Source: Haliotis rubra | Lineage: Eukaryota | Length of the DNA stretch: 64,000 bases | NCBI RefSeq assembly: GCF_003918875.1 | Contig: NW_025765015.1 | Coordinates: 310,001 to 374,000 of the forward strand | Direction of reading: 5' to 3' | Shown here: positions 1-13,533 of the stretch, piece after piece | Layout of the letters: each line of letters starts with the position of its first letter | Numbering within the stretch: position 1 is the first letter of the stretch | Translations under genes and position numbers: made by a program | The notes under the pieces: model-generated | Database searches by the model: none | What the model saw: the letters and a program-made list of their open reading frames with translations, nothing else | What the model was told of the DNA's origin: nothing

Positions 1-253
1 TGAGTGAGTGAGTGAGTGAGTGAGGTTCGTTTTACGCCGCACTCAGCAATATTCCAGCTATATGGCGGCGGTCTGTAAATAATCGAGTCTGGACCAGACA
101 ATCCAGTCATCAACAGCATGAGCATCGATCTGCGCAATTGGGAACCGATGACATGTGTCAACCAAGTCAGCGAGCCTGAAAACCGATCCCGTTAGTCGCC
201 TCTTACCACAAGCATGGGTTACTGAAGGTTCATTCTAACCCGGACCTTCACGG
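1..253 (-). mobile_element. SINE-like family S3 (~250 bp)
   Basis: Core CCCATGCTTGTCGTAAGAGGCGACTAA..TTGTCTGGTCCAGACTCG..GGAATATTGCTGAGTGCGGCGT and (ACTC)n tail; about 13 copies in the window. Confidence 0.8.
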
Positions 254-286
254 ATCTCATTGCTTGAAGCTGACCACTGTGCCCTG

Positions 287-2626
287 TCAACCTGCGATAT
301 ATGGACAAGTGCAGGTTATCGAACTATTGCGTTTTATATCCTTGAAAAACCCATCTCACTCACTCACACCACGGTGCTTTGTAGTGGTCGAACATTTACT
401 AAATGTGTCTAGATTACACCAGAACACTCAGCCTTACCCCCACATGGCTCTGTGTTGCACTCGTGCATCTCCCTGTTCTGTGTGGCTTCCCCCTCACAGT
501 CTCTACCCCCGTGCATGGGGGTGGAGCAGGAGCGTGACCTCGTGAAGTTAGTCTGGCCTCCACCGCACAGGACGGGGCACTCGGTCACTGGTGTCCAGTC
601 TTCCCAATCAGTCCACTGACCATCGACTAAAATATCGGCATGATACACCATAATGACAATAGCAAGTGTTTAAAGATATTGTCGGCATGACACGGATTTC
701 ATCATTAAGCTGCTAATATGATGAACATTTGTATCAGGTCATAATCCTGCATGATTTAAAAGTGTATTATAAGCTAACAAGTCGGAGAGATAGTGATATA
801 TTTACATAATGACACCACCCCGACCCCACCCCACCCCAAAAAAATATTCACTAGCCAGTCGGGCCATTGACTGTGGAGATTTACTGGCACGGTGGATTTT
901 TACTAGCCACAGGTAAGCGGGCCAGTTCGTATACTGCGTTTAATGAGTCGCTTCTCCCACAAGGACAGAACACAGAAATGCAACAAATCAGCGTTAACAC
1001 AGCATGTATTATAGGGTGTTACCTGGGCATGGAGATTTGCTGCAGGTGAAGGAAAAGGTATATTCGCTTGAGCCATAGCAGCGGGCTCCACCATTAGCTG
1101 GGGCTGGGTTGGTGCATGATCTGGTCTTCTTGTAGTGCTGGCGTCCAGTGCCACACGTCACCGAGCACGAAGCCACCACTTGGTAGCTGGACCAGGACGA
1201 CCAGCCGCCATTTACTGCATTGCGGAACACAGAGTCAAGATCGGAGGATAGAACCACAATCAACGGTAGACGGTATATAGAGCAGCTATATATCAATTAC
1301 CACTTCTACAATATTAGCATTCTGGCATATGATATCCAAAGATCTCGCAACCAAAGATAACTAAACATATTACAACATACTAGCTAGTAAGGGTACAAGT
1401 AACTAGGTTGGTACTACAGCTCACCTCTAGGACAGGGGCCGAAACATGTGTAGTAGCTGGTCCTGCATAACACAAGGAAAAACGAGTTATACGAGGAAAT
1501 AACTTAATTGTACATGGAATGATAAACCACCTGTATCGGTGTTCCAGTTCACACCGGAAACTGTTCACACTTGGATCTGTGCCCCTTCCACACCTATAGC
1601 TGTTCACATACATCTGTCCTCACCTGTATCTGGTGCACCTATGCCTGCTCCAACTCCAACGACTGGTGCTGCAGCTGGTCGTATACCTCGTCCTACTGGA
1701 ACATGTCTTGCGGCATCTGAAGCACACACACCATATAGGATCACATATCACACATTCACAGCTCGTCACACCACACGATGATCATAGTCGTGTGTAAACA
1801 TATCGTGAGTGAGGTGGGTTTAATACCCTTTCAACAGTATTCCAAGAAACACACCTCGACACAGCAAGCCCCCCTCCCCGCCCTTGTAGAAATAGTGCAG
1901 CTGAATAAAGTTCGAAGCATTTTCAGTTTCACAAAATATGATTTTTTTAAATACCTATGTACGTGAAAATCGGATAAAGCTTCCACTTTAGCCTGCATAA
2001 GATGAACCCTGAGTCCGTCACGTTTAGAGGAAACGTGGACAAGTTCTTAAACCAATCAGATGGCAGCTATCTAAAATGCATTATCTTCCAATTATATTTC
2101 AATTTCCCCCTAACAAAATTCTGTCGATGTAGATGCCATGGCGCTCAGAAACGATAAGGTGTTCCACATATTAACAGAGTTTACAGCGAGGTATTTTTTA
2201 TTTTATATTCGGAACTGCACGTTTATGTTCGAGAAAACAGATTTGCAAGTTTTGCTCGCCTGTACCTAAAATGTAAACACCATTAACTGATGAAAACGTT
2301 ATCTATGCAGCTATTATCATAACCTTCCGCTTAAGTGATTCGGTGTCAAAACTGAGGAACCATGTTGACATGATTTCGAGGGGATCCAACGCCATAACAA
2401 TAAGGGACAATATCAACAACGTCAGCAAAGTAGTAGCGTCAACGCATTTTGCCTTGATTTATATATACAGTTCTTAGTTATCGAAGAATTCAATAGACAG
2501 ACCTCATCTCATAATATGTCACAGATGGGTTAACCAGTGATGTAGTTGGTGAAGGACTTACTTCTTTGTGTAGGCGGCTACACAAGCCACTATCAGCAGG
2601 AACGCCAGGAACACTTTCAAATTCAT
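287..2626 (-). CDS. Secreted protein (~190 aa): signal peptide, basic Cys-rich N-terminal module and two thrombospondin type-1 repeats; 6 coding exons
   Basis: Phase-consistent GT-AG exons: 2626-2562 ([21 protein letters not shown]), 1716-1624 ([31 protein letters not shown]), 1462-1425 ([13 protein letters not shown]), 1214-1023 ([33 protein letters not shown]), 626-438 ([42 protein letters not shown]), 291-287 (G-stop; least certain). WxxWxxW/CSxTCG/RxRxC are TSP1 hallmarks. Confidence 0.85.
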
Positions 2627-2686
2627 GTTGACTGTATGAACGGAGACGTCGGCTGCGTCTGCAGAGAGTGCGGCAACGGTGACATG

Positions 2687-2693
2687 TTATATA
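2687..2693 (-). promoter_or_regulatory. Putative TATA box of the TSP1 gene
   Basis: TATATAA on the minus strand ~60 nt upstream of the ATG at 2626. Confidence 0.45.
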
Positions 2694-3559
2694 CCAGCAT
2701 CACAGATCTATTCTAATTGCTAAACTGTGTAATACCTGTACTGACTGGATCCGATTAGGTTGTCTGAATTGGCACCCCTTTCATACGTCATATAGCGATT
2801 AGGTGAAATGGAACCAAGCTGATGAGAAAGCTGATGATTAAATAGGACAGACCATTTTAAAAATTATTGGGTGGGTGGAAGGATTGTTAGCGGTAAAATA
2901 TGTTTCTTTGGACACCGTATATGTTAATTTTCTTATTCATAGCACGGTTTATTTAGGACTTTTAGAGAGTGATTATCATATTATTTATATATTCCGTTTC
3001 TGTTTTCCAAGACCACTCCGCCACCCCCGACCCTTACCCCGACTTACACACACCGTTGTTCTTCACCAGACACACACTCGATATACCACACCCCATGAAT
3101 ATATAATGGTCAGTCCCTAACGGCTAATCTGATTTTGTGGCACAGTCACTTGTGTGTTCATATATTTATTTAAATTTTGTGTATTGCAGAAGCGTAAATA
3201 TTGGAAGAAAAGTATTCTTATCATTTGCATGTAATTCTATTGTGATGAGGATAATACCATAAATGCACTCTCTTTTTGTTTACCCTCTTGACACACACGG
3301 AATTCCATATCTACTTTAATAAATGGCCTTAATAAACCTTAATGCATTTTTGCATTTTCAGGACTTAAAAAATTATTGAACTCTTGTTTCGCGAACGTTT
3401 GCTAAATCAGCGATATTTAAATTAGTCTAAAACAAAGACAATAACCTGAAGGCAAATTCACGCCCTAAGCCTAAGTGTCTTCAAACCATTCATATACTGA
3501 ACATGATACATCTTAACGTATGGCTGACAAGGCGGCTCAGTACTGAAATGTAGTTTGTA

Positions 3560-4245
3560 TGTGGAGTGGGGTGTGATGTGGCGGGGTGTCGTGTGATGTG
3601 GCGTTGTATGGTTGTATGATATGGTGTGGCTTGGCGTGTGATCCGGTGTGTGGTTGTGTGGTCTGGTGTGGTGTGTTCGTGAAGTTTGGTGCGATGTGAG
3701 GTGATGTGATCCGCTGTGGGGTGGTGTGTGGTCTGGTGTGGTGTGATTGTGAAGTTTGGTGCGATGTGAGGTGGTGTGATCCTCTGTGGTGTTGTGGCTT
3801 GCGTTATGTGGTTGTATGGTCTGGTGTGTTATGATTGTGAGGTATGATCCGCTGTGGGGTGGTGTGGGGTTTGATCGTGAAGTTTGGTGCGATGTGAGGT
3901 GGTGTGATCCTCTGTGGCGCGGTGTATGGTCGCGATGTGAGGTGGTGTATGGTCTGATGTAGCGTGGTGTGGATTGTGGGTCGAAGTTTGGTGTCGAGTG
4001 AGGTGGTGTGATCCTCTGTGGCGCGGTGTGATCGAGTGTGAGTGGTGTGGTGTGGTTGTGTTGATTGTGGTGTCGTGATTTGTGGTGGGGCGGGTGTGAT
4101 CCGCTGTGGTATGATCCTGTGGCTGGGTGTGGCGTGTGGCGCGGTGGTGTTGTGGGGCGGGTGTGAGTGGCGTGTTTGTTGTGTGTGGTGGGGCGGGTGT
4201 GAGTGGTGTTGTTGTGGGTCGTTATGATTTGTGTTGTGGGGTGTA
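3560..4245. repeat. GT-rich degenerate minisatellite
   Basis: (GTG/TGG)-rich with recurring GAAGTTTGGTGCGATGTGAGGTG units. Confidence 0.85.
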
Positions 4246-4671
4246 ATTGAGAAGGGTATCAAGGTAGTTTGTAATGTATTTGCAAACGTTTCTTAAATAT
4301 CAAACTCGAATGTTCACTAACATACACTCGAACACTAACATACATACAAAGCCCCCTTCCTCCAAATGATTGCTTCGTCGATTTTAACAACTCTTCACCT
4401 CCAAATTATTTCTCGAGCAGTATATTTAAGGTGACATCTATATTAATACGGAATATAATTAAAACTGTCTGCCTGATGAATCAAAACATCCTTAATTGCC
4501 TATTACCTGGGGCTATACCGACACTGTCACCAAACAGGAGTAGTATGTTTGGGGAAATAGTTTTACATTCACACCGACAATGGTTATCTCCCTTTGACTA
4601 ACGATAGGTTTTTAAAATGACCAATATATAACTGTATTATTCCAGCTGAATAAGCATGCGTCAAATTAACG

Positions 4672-4679
4672 TGACGTCA
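4672..4679. promoter_or_regulatory. Perfect CRE (TGACGTCA) upstream of receptor gene A
   Basis: Palindromic CREB/ATF site ~160 nt before the ATG at 4840; function not testable from sequence. Confidence 0.35.
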
Positions 4680-4839
4680 TGAGTAGTCACCCGAGCGTGT
4701 CCGACATAGACAAATAGTCGTTGATGAAGGTGTTGATTAAGGAAATGTGCGTTAGAATATCCAGTGGACAGCAGTCAAACGTGACCACTGCCTGGTCACA
4801 GTCGTCTTGGAGGAATGGTATACTTGACCTTGGGTCAGG

Positions 4840-7800
4840 ATGAAATACTGGACACATCTTCTGTGTAAGTAGAGAACTATTATCGCTCGGCGATATATGT
4901 TTATATATGTGAAAGAATTGGCTTTATATTTATTTTCATAAATATGTTTCACAAATTACATATGAGTCGATTAAAGTTACAATTTACATCTGTTCTTTTT
5001 TTGTACCATCTGTTGAAATTACAAAAACAGTCACTTATCAGTTAACAAAGTTCAATGGACATCTCAAGAATACCCTTCGTTAAAACGCGGACAAGATCTA
5101 CTGAACGTATTTCGACACTATACACTGTAAATCTGAAGATGTGATTGTTGCTTATATTATCAACCATTGGTTTGTCTCATAATAATTGTATTATTTACAG
5201 ACTGATGTGGTATTGTTGTAATTTAGCTGCAACGTGAAATACGTCACTGTAAAAACAGCGCACTCGTTTCCTACATCATATATTTTAATACAACACTGAA
5301 ACTTGTGAACACTGCCTGAATTTTAAACATGTAAAATGTACCTAACGAATATTAAGAAGACGTTTCAACAAAACCTATGAATATGTTTCTCAGTGTCTAT
5401 CTGGCTGTGATTTATAGTGTGCTACATTTTCCCCCTTGTCATTTCAGTCATCGTGACCACCTGTTGCTATGTCTCCACACAAAATGTTACCACAGAAGGA
5501 ACAGACACGGTCCCGACTGTATCTATATCAAGAGAACTTCGCCCAGGGTCGTAAGTTATTTAGCATTTTTAGGTGGTTTTTTATAATAACATAAGCTCCT
5601 GCGTCTTGTCATATTGTCATATAGTACCACAGGGTAAGTCCTTTTTATCACTACTTTGTGATTTGTAAAAACTTAATTTTTGTGTGTGTAAAATCTTGAT
5701 ATATTCTGAGGCATATGTCTGTATATTGTATTTTATCTGTGATGCATTATATTCATATATGCAATAATTATTATAATCATACCGATATTCCCTTGGGGAA
5801 AATGTATATTGTGTATATTTGTTGAAATTGTAGTGTTTACACATAATAACAGAAAGCACTGCACATCACTGCATCAAATCTGAATATATTCTTTAAGGTA
5901 CTCGTTTATTGTATTTACCTGTAATTACCATCCTTAATAACATGAAAAGGATAAATGACTTCTTTGAGTGGCATTTTAGAAGCTGGGAAGTACAAATTTG
6001 ACAAACTTTATGGATAACAACTTTTTGCACTCTCGTAATAAAGAAGTTGTTATCCATAAAGTTTGTCAATTTTAATAAGGATAAATGAGAAAGAATATAT
6101 GAAAGTGAAAACATGTTCAAAATGATACATTTATATATAGTTTGAAAGGTTTTCATTAACATTTACATACGAACGTCGTAACGAGATACTGCTATGCAAT
6201 AGTTCATGTACATAAGCAGCATCAGTTACACTGAGGAGAAGAGTAATCAATCAACCATGGATAGAATCAATGATATCTATATCATGATCGATGAATGGAA
6301 TGCGGATGTGTTGACGGCATAGGAAACTATACGACAGATAGAAAGATATTTTATACACACTTCTTTGACAAACTGTAACTCCACGCATAGCCGGGGGCAT
6401 GTATTACGCATTAATCTATACCCTGGAGACAGGGTCAGACAAGGATATAGTTCACCTTCGCCTTTCTTCCTGTTATCGAGGTACAACACACTTCCTCTTT
6501 GTCGTAATGTTATACGAGACGTGCAGCCACACTTAATTAAGGGGCACTTAACTGTCAATAGCTGATAGATGACTCTTGAATTGTAAAGTGTTCAGTGTTG
6601 TGTACACTGCTTTAAAATGAAGGCTTCATTCTACGATTTAACTGACGCTACTTAACTAACATATGGCTCAATTTATCTGTCGTTCCTCAGTTTGTTTGTT
6701 ATGTAGTCACCCCTGTTTACAATAACCTAACGTCAACCTATCCGATAGTATTCACTTTTGTCAGTTATGTTTGAAATATTGTGACAGGCAAGGCACAATA
6801 ACACAAGGAATCTTAGCTTTGGTTCACTTCAATCATTAAGGTTAGAATTAAGGCTAGCTTGGCCTGACGTTCCCGAAACAGCCGCATCTATGTTTTAATA
6901 TCGTTATGTCAACATCAGCGTTAACGTCGACATCGTAAGGCTGTATGACTTCTGAAACCTTTGAAAACAACGATCTGCTGTTAACACAGAACAGTTTAGA
7001 ATTGGTTTCTTTCTGGCACAAATTATAAGCGCTGATTTTTTAGCTTGATTTACATAAAGGTCAAATGTAATTTCTAAGCTCGATCGGTTACGAACCTATC
7101 GCTAACTTCCATCACATTATAATCTTGTAAATCAAAGTATAACGGCTCTAATTAATTAATCTCGGGTAAATCTCGGGCACAACATTATGGATTGATCAGG
7201 GTAGTTTCCTCTTCCTCGTTTTTTCGTGACACTGCAGAGTAAACGACTCACATACTGATGTGTTAAGGGTATTCCTGAGATCCTGACATTCCTTACGAAT
7301 GTAATGACTCATTGCTTAAACAAATAAAGAATTTATAATACTACATATTCCATACATGTGAGTAGTGTGGTAACTCTAAAGTAATTAAGTCAAAAGGTCA
7401 CACCAGGATCGATAACATGGTCTCGGGCGTATCCCGACTCACCCATCCCGACATTCCTCCCAACGTATCTGGTCAGTTAGCCTGCATCAGACGAATGGCA
7501 AGCAATATAAAACCACGAAAGCATAACGCTTTATAGGTAGCATCAGACCCACACATACTTCCATGAAATATGATAAGTGATTCAGCAATATTCTTAGAAC
7601 CAATTACACCACTATATCATTGTTCACTTAAAATAGCTTTGGTCTCCCCGTTCCTGGGATCGTTGGAATTCTGACAGCAACTACAACTTCTTCACCATCA
7701 ACAACGACGACAGGTAGACAATGTCCCCCGGGTGAGAGATGGAACCGACCCAGGACAAGAAGGTAAGGCTTCAGATTCCAATCTGGACACCAAACAAGCC

Positions 7801-10800
7801 ATCTACATATATACCACGAACCTTGGTAATGTTTTAACCAGACACTGAACTCCTACTGGTTTCAACTCCATACTTACCCGTGAAGATCCGGGTTAGAATT
7901 GGTCTTCAGCAACCCATGCTTGTTAGAGGAGGCGACCAACGGGATTAAATGGTCAGGCGCATTTGGTTGGCACATGTCCCAATTGCATAGATCGATGTTC
8001 ATGCTGTTGATCAATGGATTGTCTGGTCCAGATTCGATTATTTGCAGACCGCCACCATGTAGCTGGAATATTGTTGAGTCCGGCATCAAACAGCAAACAA
8101 ACTATTCGATGCTGTAACTTCATGAACTCCCCTGGGCCACATCAGCGTCTATTATTGTTCTCCCTTTGTGTTCTAACATTTGTCCGTCCCACCGTCAGCT
8201 TCCTGGAGTGTCTGTGTGAGCGGGGAGGACCTGACCATCAGCCATGTATCCTGAGACTTAGCAACGTCCTGGGCGCCTTTTCCGGAAGGGTCATACCGGC
8301 CATTCTGCCTCGACTGACCGGCACTGATGTCGGCTTCCTCTATCTCTGGACATTTGAGGGTCAGTCAGCATGCGATCCAAGTTTTTTTTCCAACAGAAAA
8401 GTATCACTTGGGTCTAGATCCACATATTTTGTCACAATTCTAACGTCAAATAAAAGTCTTCATTAAGGATATTTTATTTTGTTACACAAAGCTGCAAAAA
8501 TGATACTTCACAAGGAAAGTTTATCAAATGCCTTCTGACAATTACTGAAGTCACATATAAGTGAGTGATCAGGCTCTTTGACTTGTTTGATTGTTTGATT
8601 GTGTATCATTGAACCCGAACCCTGAACTGTTGTTCATAATATCAGTCCCTAGGTTAACACAGACTTGATCATGTAGCACAAGGTGTATTATTGCCGGAAC
8701 GGTGAAGGAAACAACAAACAAACCATATTAATGAGCTTCAGACGTACAGTCGGCTAGGTTTCCGTATTACCTCATGCGATCGGAGAGATTCGGGTTAGAA
8801 TTGATCTTCATGCAGCTACCCATGCTTGTCGGAAGAGGCGAATAATGGTATCAGGTGGTCAGGCTCCCTGACTTGGTTGACACATGTCATCGTATCCCAG
8901 TTGTGTAGATCGATGCTCATTGGATTGTCTGGTCCAGACTCGATTATGTTAAGACTGCCGCCATGGCTGGAACATTGCTAAGTACGGCGTTAAACAACAA
9001 ACAAACAAAACCAATTCTGGATGCCTGAGGTGTGCCGGAATGTCTTCCTTAGTGACGGTTTCTAAGTTTGTTGCTGTCATTTTTAGCCCACGCAAGTCAT
9101 TGTGATGTACGTTTCGTCAGAAAAATGGCATTTTCGGTCAAGAAAGGTAGTAAAAATAATTGAATGTTTCTTGATATGTGCCTGTTGTGTAATTGCCTCA
9201 CACCAATATGGAACGTATACCGTCTTGTCTACTTTCAATGTTGATGCCTGATTGTGTATTGATACTATAATCATTGTAATCATATTACACCACACAGATG
9301 CATGCGGGGTTATTTTCTGCTGACTTCCAAGTTTACGTCCCCTTGTTGCCAAACAAACATGCTGAACATTGCGGCCCTTAGAAACATCAAACAAATATGG
9401 CCGACAGGTATCCGGATTAATACAAGCATGCAGTCAGTCGAGGAATTGCCATTAAATTCACTTCTGTTTTTTCCTTTTATTCCAGGATTTCAGTGTAACC
9501 CCTTCATGGGGATGGGTGGTTTGAGTATTGCGTGTTACCATGACATCGGGAATTCCCCTTTCTCCAGAGACTGTCGGTGAGCATTCGCTAGCAGACTTTC
9601 ATAACAACCTTATGTTTCACTCGGTTCCCATCCGACTCCAGCCAAGGTTACCATAGTCGTGGAAAGGATCGATATAAAAAAAATGAGATTTTACAACAAA
9701 TCTTACGTTCAAAGTCTAATAACTATGTTAATTTGTGTCAGAGGGGACAGAATACATTCTATCATAAAAAAAACTCGCAAGTGAAGACCGAGATATTCCG
9801 AACGAATGTTACATCTATTATTCATAATGTTCGTGAATATAGATGTTGTTACTTAGCACAACTGCACAGGAGCAGTACCATGAATTACGTTTGACAGTAT
9901 ATTCAAAATAATGAAAATATATTTTATATAACTTTTATTTCCACCTAATCATTTCGACAGACAATGGTTCCCTGTTTACATATATTTTATATTCCGATTA
10001 TATCGAAGACGTGCCACTAACTACTTTCACTGTTTGTGTAGTTTTAGCAGGTCTCGCTATTTCTGTGAGTTGCTGATGTGCGTCGACACCATCCTCGCCG
10101 ACACGAGAAGCGCCCCGCAAGACTTCCTCAACTGTGAGAATCAGTCCTGAACTGTGTATTGTTACTAATTTAACATGCTAAAATAACTGTGACACATTCA
10201 CGTTCACGTCAGTACAAATGAAGAACGATATCCTATGAATTCCCTGGTAGAAAACCTGATGTGTTGTTATCTGAGGAGTATTAAAATGATTCCTTTATTC
10301 AGGCGTACGGAGGATAGCTGTACCCGCCCAGAACAGCCCAGTCTACACATGGCCTCATACCCGGATAACCCACCCACCGATCATCATCACCCACCGCACA
10401 ACCACCACAGACGAGCCGGCTGTGACGTCATCATTACGTCACGATGACGCCGACCACGCCGATCACCTTGAATTCGACCAGGACGAGCATGGGGCGCTAG
10501 GCGATGAACACTACAAATATGGTAGGACATTACTGTCTGAGGGGGGCGGGGCGGTGGGGTAGCCTAGTGGTTAAAGCGTTTGCTCGTCACGTTGAAGACC
10601 CGGGTACGGTTCCCCACATGGGTACAATATGTGAAGCCCATTTCTGGTGTCCCCCGCCGTGATATTGCTGCAATATTGCTAAAAGCGGCGTAAAACCATA
10701 CTCACTCACTCACTATAGTTGTGGACTATCTCCCCGACGTCAGTATATTTGGACATACACATGTAGACTGTAATTCCTCGTAAACTTTTCTCATCTTCCT

Positions 10801-13229
10801 GTCAAACTTTCAATTCCCAAACCCTAGAAACGAGTAAGTTGAGGGCTTTTATCATTAGCTATCAGTTAGGTGAGGTGAAATTGGGTTTTACGTCGTACTT
10901 GAGAATATTTCGCTCATATGACGACGTGCATGCGTGTGTATGTGTATGTGCGGCTGCTTGTACTAGCCCAGACTGAAGCTGGTTTTATAGTGCTAGCCCA
11001 CTGAGATACCATGCCGCAGTGAAGCATGAATACCCCACTCAGACACATTATACTGACTCCGCGAGCCGACCAGTCCTTGTTGTACCCATTAATGCCGAGC
11101 GCCAGGCAGGGACCAACAAGTACCATATTTTAACGTCTTTTGGTATGACGCGGTCTGGGATCGAACCCACGACCTTCCGCTCTCCGGGCGGACGCTCTAA
11201 CCACTACACAACGGAGGCGGTCAAGCTATCAGTGAGTGAGTGAGTTTTCACCGTATGTACAGTAAGACCGACGTGTACGGTATGTGCAGTTACATCAGGG
11301 CGGGCGGGCTTGTGTGGGAGGAATGATACAGGTCTCAGGGGTTTACCACAGACGCCACGAGCACGAACACTTTACTGGCGTGCCCAAGGGCGGCAACTCA
11401 GAGCAGCTTTGGGCCAATGGACCACCCCTGTTTCTTGGTAACCTCTTGGGCAGGGGCGGATACAGCTCTTTAAGAAAGGGGGGGTGCACACTATTGAGAA
11501 AAGGAGGGGTGCACACTTCATTTTCACCCGAGTTTCAATGGTCATTTAACAAACTTTCACCACAAAAGAGGGGGTGCGCACCCCTGCACAACCACCACCC
11601 CCCCCACCCCACCACCCCTCTGGATCCGCCTATGTTGGGTGATCATAATTTCTTGTGTCTTCCTCAGATATTATTCGAATTGTTGGAGGCGTGTTTGGCG
11701 GCGTGATGACCGGCATCTTCATCACCGCTGTCATCTTCATCCTCTGCTGGTTTTCGAAACGGAGAAGGTAGTTTACGTTTTCCAATTTCTCGTATTCGAA
11801 AGTGAACAATGCTGCAAAGGCGTTAAAACATGCAACTATTAATATAAAAAAATAACTGACATTTTTGCATTAGATTAAAAAATAATTTACCAAATGTGCA
11901 TGTGGTAGAGAAAGTGTTTAGCACAGTTCCCATCCAACTTTCAACTGTTTAGTATACAACATGTACAAGTTGTATTACAGGGAGCAATGTCGAGCTGTTA
12001 CATGTGACACTGGTAAGTGGTAGCAAATACACATACACTGATAATACAATAAACATGCTGCATTTCAGAGAACATTCTTCATCCTCTTCACCTCGGCCCA
12101 GGATGTCCGTCCGTACACAAGAGTCTGCAATCTATGCTGAAGTTGACGATACGGTAGGTATCATAGTGGGGCGGAAACCTGAGAAGGAATCGGACTTGAG
12201 TGAGTGAGTGAGTTAGTTTTACACCGCACTAAGCAATATTCCAGCTATATGGCGGCCGTCTGTAAATAATCGAGACTGAACCAGAAAATCCAGTGATCAA
12301 CAGCATCAGCATCAACATCGATGTACGCAGTTGGGATACAATGACATGTGTCAACCAAGTCAGCGAGCCTGACCACCCGATCCTGTTAGTCGCCTCTTAC
12401 GACAGGCATGGGTTACTGAAGATCAGTTCTAACCCGGATTTCTTCACGAGTCCGGACTTGAGACTCAAGTCAAGAAATGTTAAGGTTTTATTTACTGTAT
12501 AGGGTGTGGTTTTGAATCAATTACTGCCGAACAAGCGACAGCACTATCCACAAGACTAACCCTGAAGCCTGCTAAAGTGTATGAATAAAATGCAGCTTGC
12601 AGTACAAACTGTAGCAAACGCAGCACCTCAGTGAGATATTTAATTGTAAGTATTTATCAAAGCTCCTGAAGAAAGTATACGTTTTCATATGCTTGACTTT
12701 CACACTGGATTTTCACACTGACATATTCTTGATTTCCAGGGTTCTGACACAGGTCTCTGTAACGCTGGGTACCTTGCTCGCCATGCCCCTGATATCATCA
12801 GCGTCGTTGGCAACAAGTCCGCAGTCGACGACGCCGCATACAATACTCTCAACAACATCAACATATCCCCCGGGGAACGAGGCTACCTGGGGCGCCCCCT
12901 GTCGGTAGACAGTCAACAATACTCGACTATAACGGACCAAGACTCGCTGTCCAAACGGTCTTCCCGAAGCAGCGTCTACAACAAGCTTAGAGAGGATGGG
13001 AAGACCACCGTCGGCGAGCACGTGTACAACAGAGCACAGTTCCCACCCTATGAGGAGTACCAACCGGCGGCAGAGGGGGTATGAGTGTGTCTCTAAGAAG
13101 CAGAACAACTGCGACGGTCCCCAGAAGACTATCATGAAGAAACAACCTTCCACCAGCTCTATAAAGAAGAGGGTGTACTTTACCCTGGAACCGATGGAGT
13201 ACTTGGGAAAACCGTCAGACAAGATGTAA
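4840..13229 (+). CDS. Receptor paralog A: type I membrane protein with signal peptide, Cys-containing ectodomain, stalk, TM and Tyr-motif tail
   Basis: Phase-compatible exons 4840-4864 (MKYWTHLL), 5448-5550, 7637-7762, 8199-8359, 9486-9576, 10051-10133, 10303-10521, optional 11339-11437, TM 11668-11767 (IVGGVFGGVMTGIFITAVIFILCWFSKRRR), 12069-12153 (..AIYAEV), last exon from 12740 (YNTL, YSTI, SVYNKL). Stop is 13084 as assembled, or 13229 if one G of the run at 13075-13079 is extra. Confidence 0.75.
5967..6070. repeat. Dispersed palindromic element (26-bp arms)
   Basis: TTGACAAACTTTATGGATAACAACTT..AAGTTGTTATCCATAAAGTTTGTCAA; homologs ~44852-44995 and ~54693-54757. Confidence 0.7.
7876..8100 (+). 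mobile_element. SINE-like family S3
   Basis: Homolog of 1-253. Confidence 0.8.
8785..9010 (+). mobile_element. SINE-like family S3
   Basis: Homolog of 1-253. Confidence 0.75.
10548..10714 (+). mobile_element. tRNA-derived SINE family S1
   Basis: GGGGTAGCCTAGTGGTTAAAGCG..GACCCGGG head and (ACTC)n tail. Confidence 0.8.
10867..11223 (-). mobile_element. tRNA-derived SINE family S2
   Basis: A/B-box head GGTTAGAGCGTCCGCCCGGAGAGCGGAAGGTCGTGGGTTCGATCC; TSD AGCTATCAGT. Confidence 0.85.
11451..11633. mobile_element. Harbinger-like MITE
   Basis: GGCGGATACAG / CTGGATCCGCC termini with GGGGTGCAC internal motifs. Confidence 0.55.
12197..12448 (-). mobile_element. SINE-like family S3
   Basis: Homolog of 1-253; flanked by repeated CGGACTTGAG. 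Confidence 0.8.
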
Positions 13230-13533
13230 CGGTTCTTTGAAGCGAAACTGACACAACGTCACTGAATGTTAAAACCTAGGCAATACTTTGCTTGTCAATA
13301 ACGTAGCGAATCATTTAATATATGGAAAGACGGTTTATACTTACTTGAGTTTCCTTTCGTTTAGACACTCCTTCGATGAAGTTACAGAGTCTTAAACAAG
13401 AAACACGTTACTTGTATATCTTGCATCTAAATGTAATGAAAATTACAATTGTCCAATTGTTTATTCAGTGTGACAATGCACATCCACTAATATCATTCCA
13501 GTGGGCCCACAAACAATATATTCGTTGTCTAAC

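Noticed and set aside
3804-4262. His/Thr/Pro-rich ORF
   Set aside because: Translation of the GT-rich minisatellite
12713-13222. 169-aa minus-strand ORF
   Set aside because: Antisense to the terminal exon of paralog A
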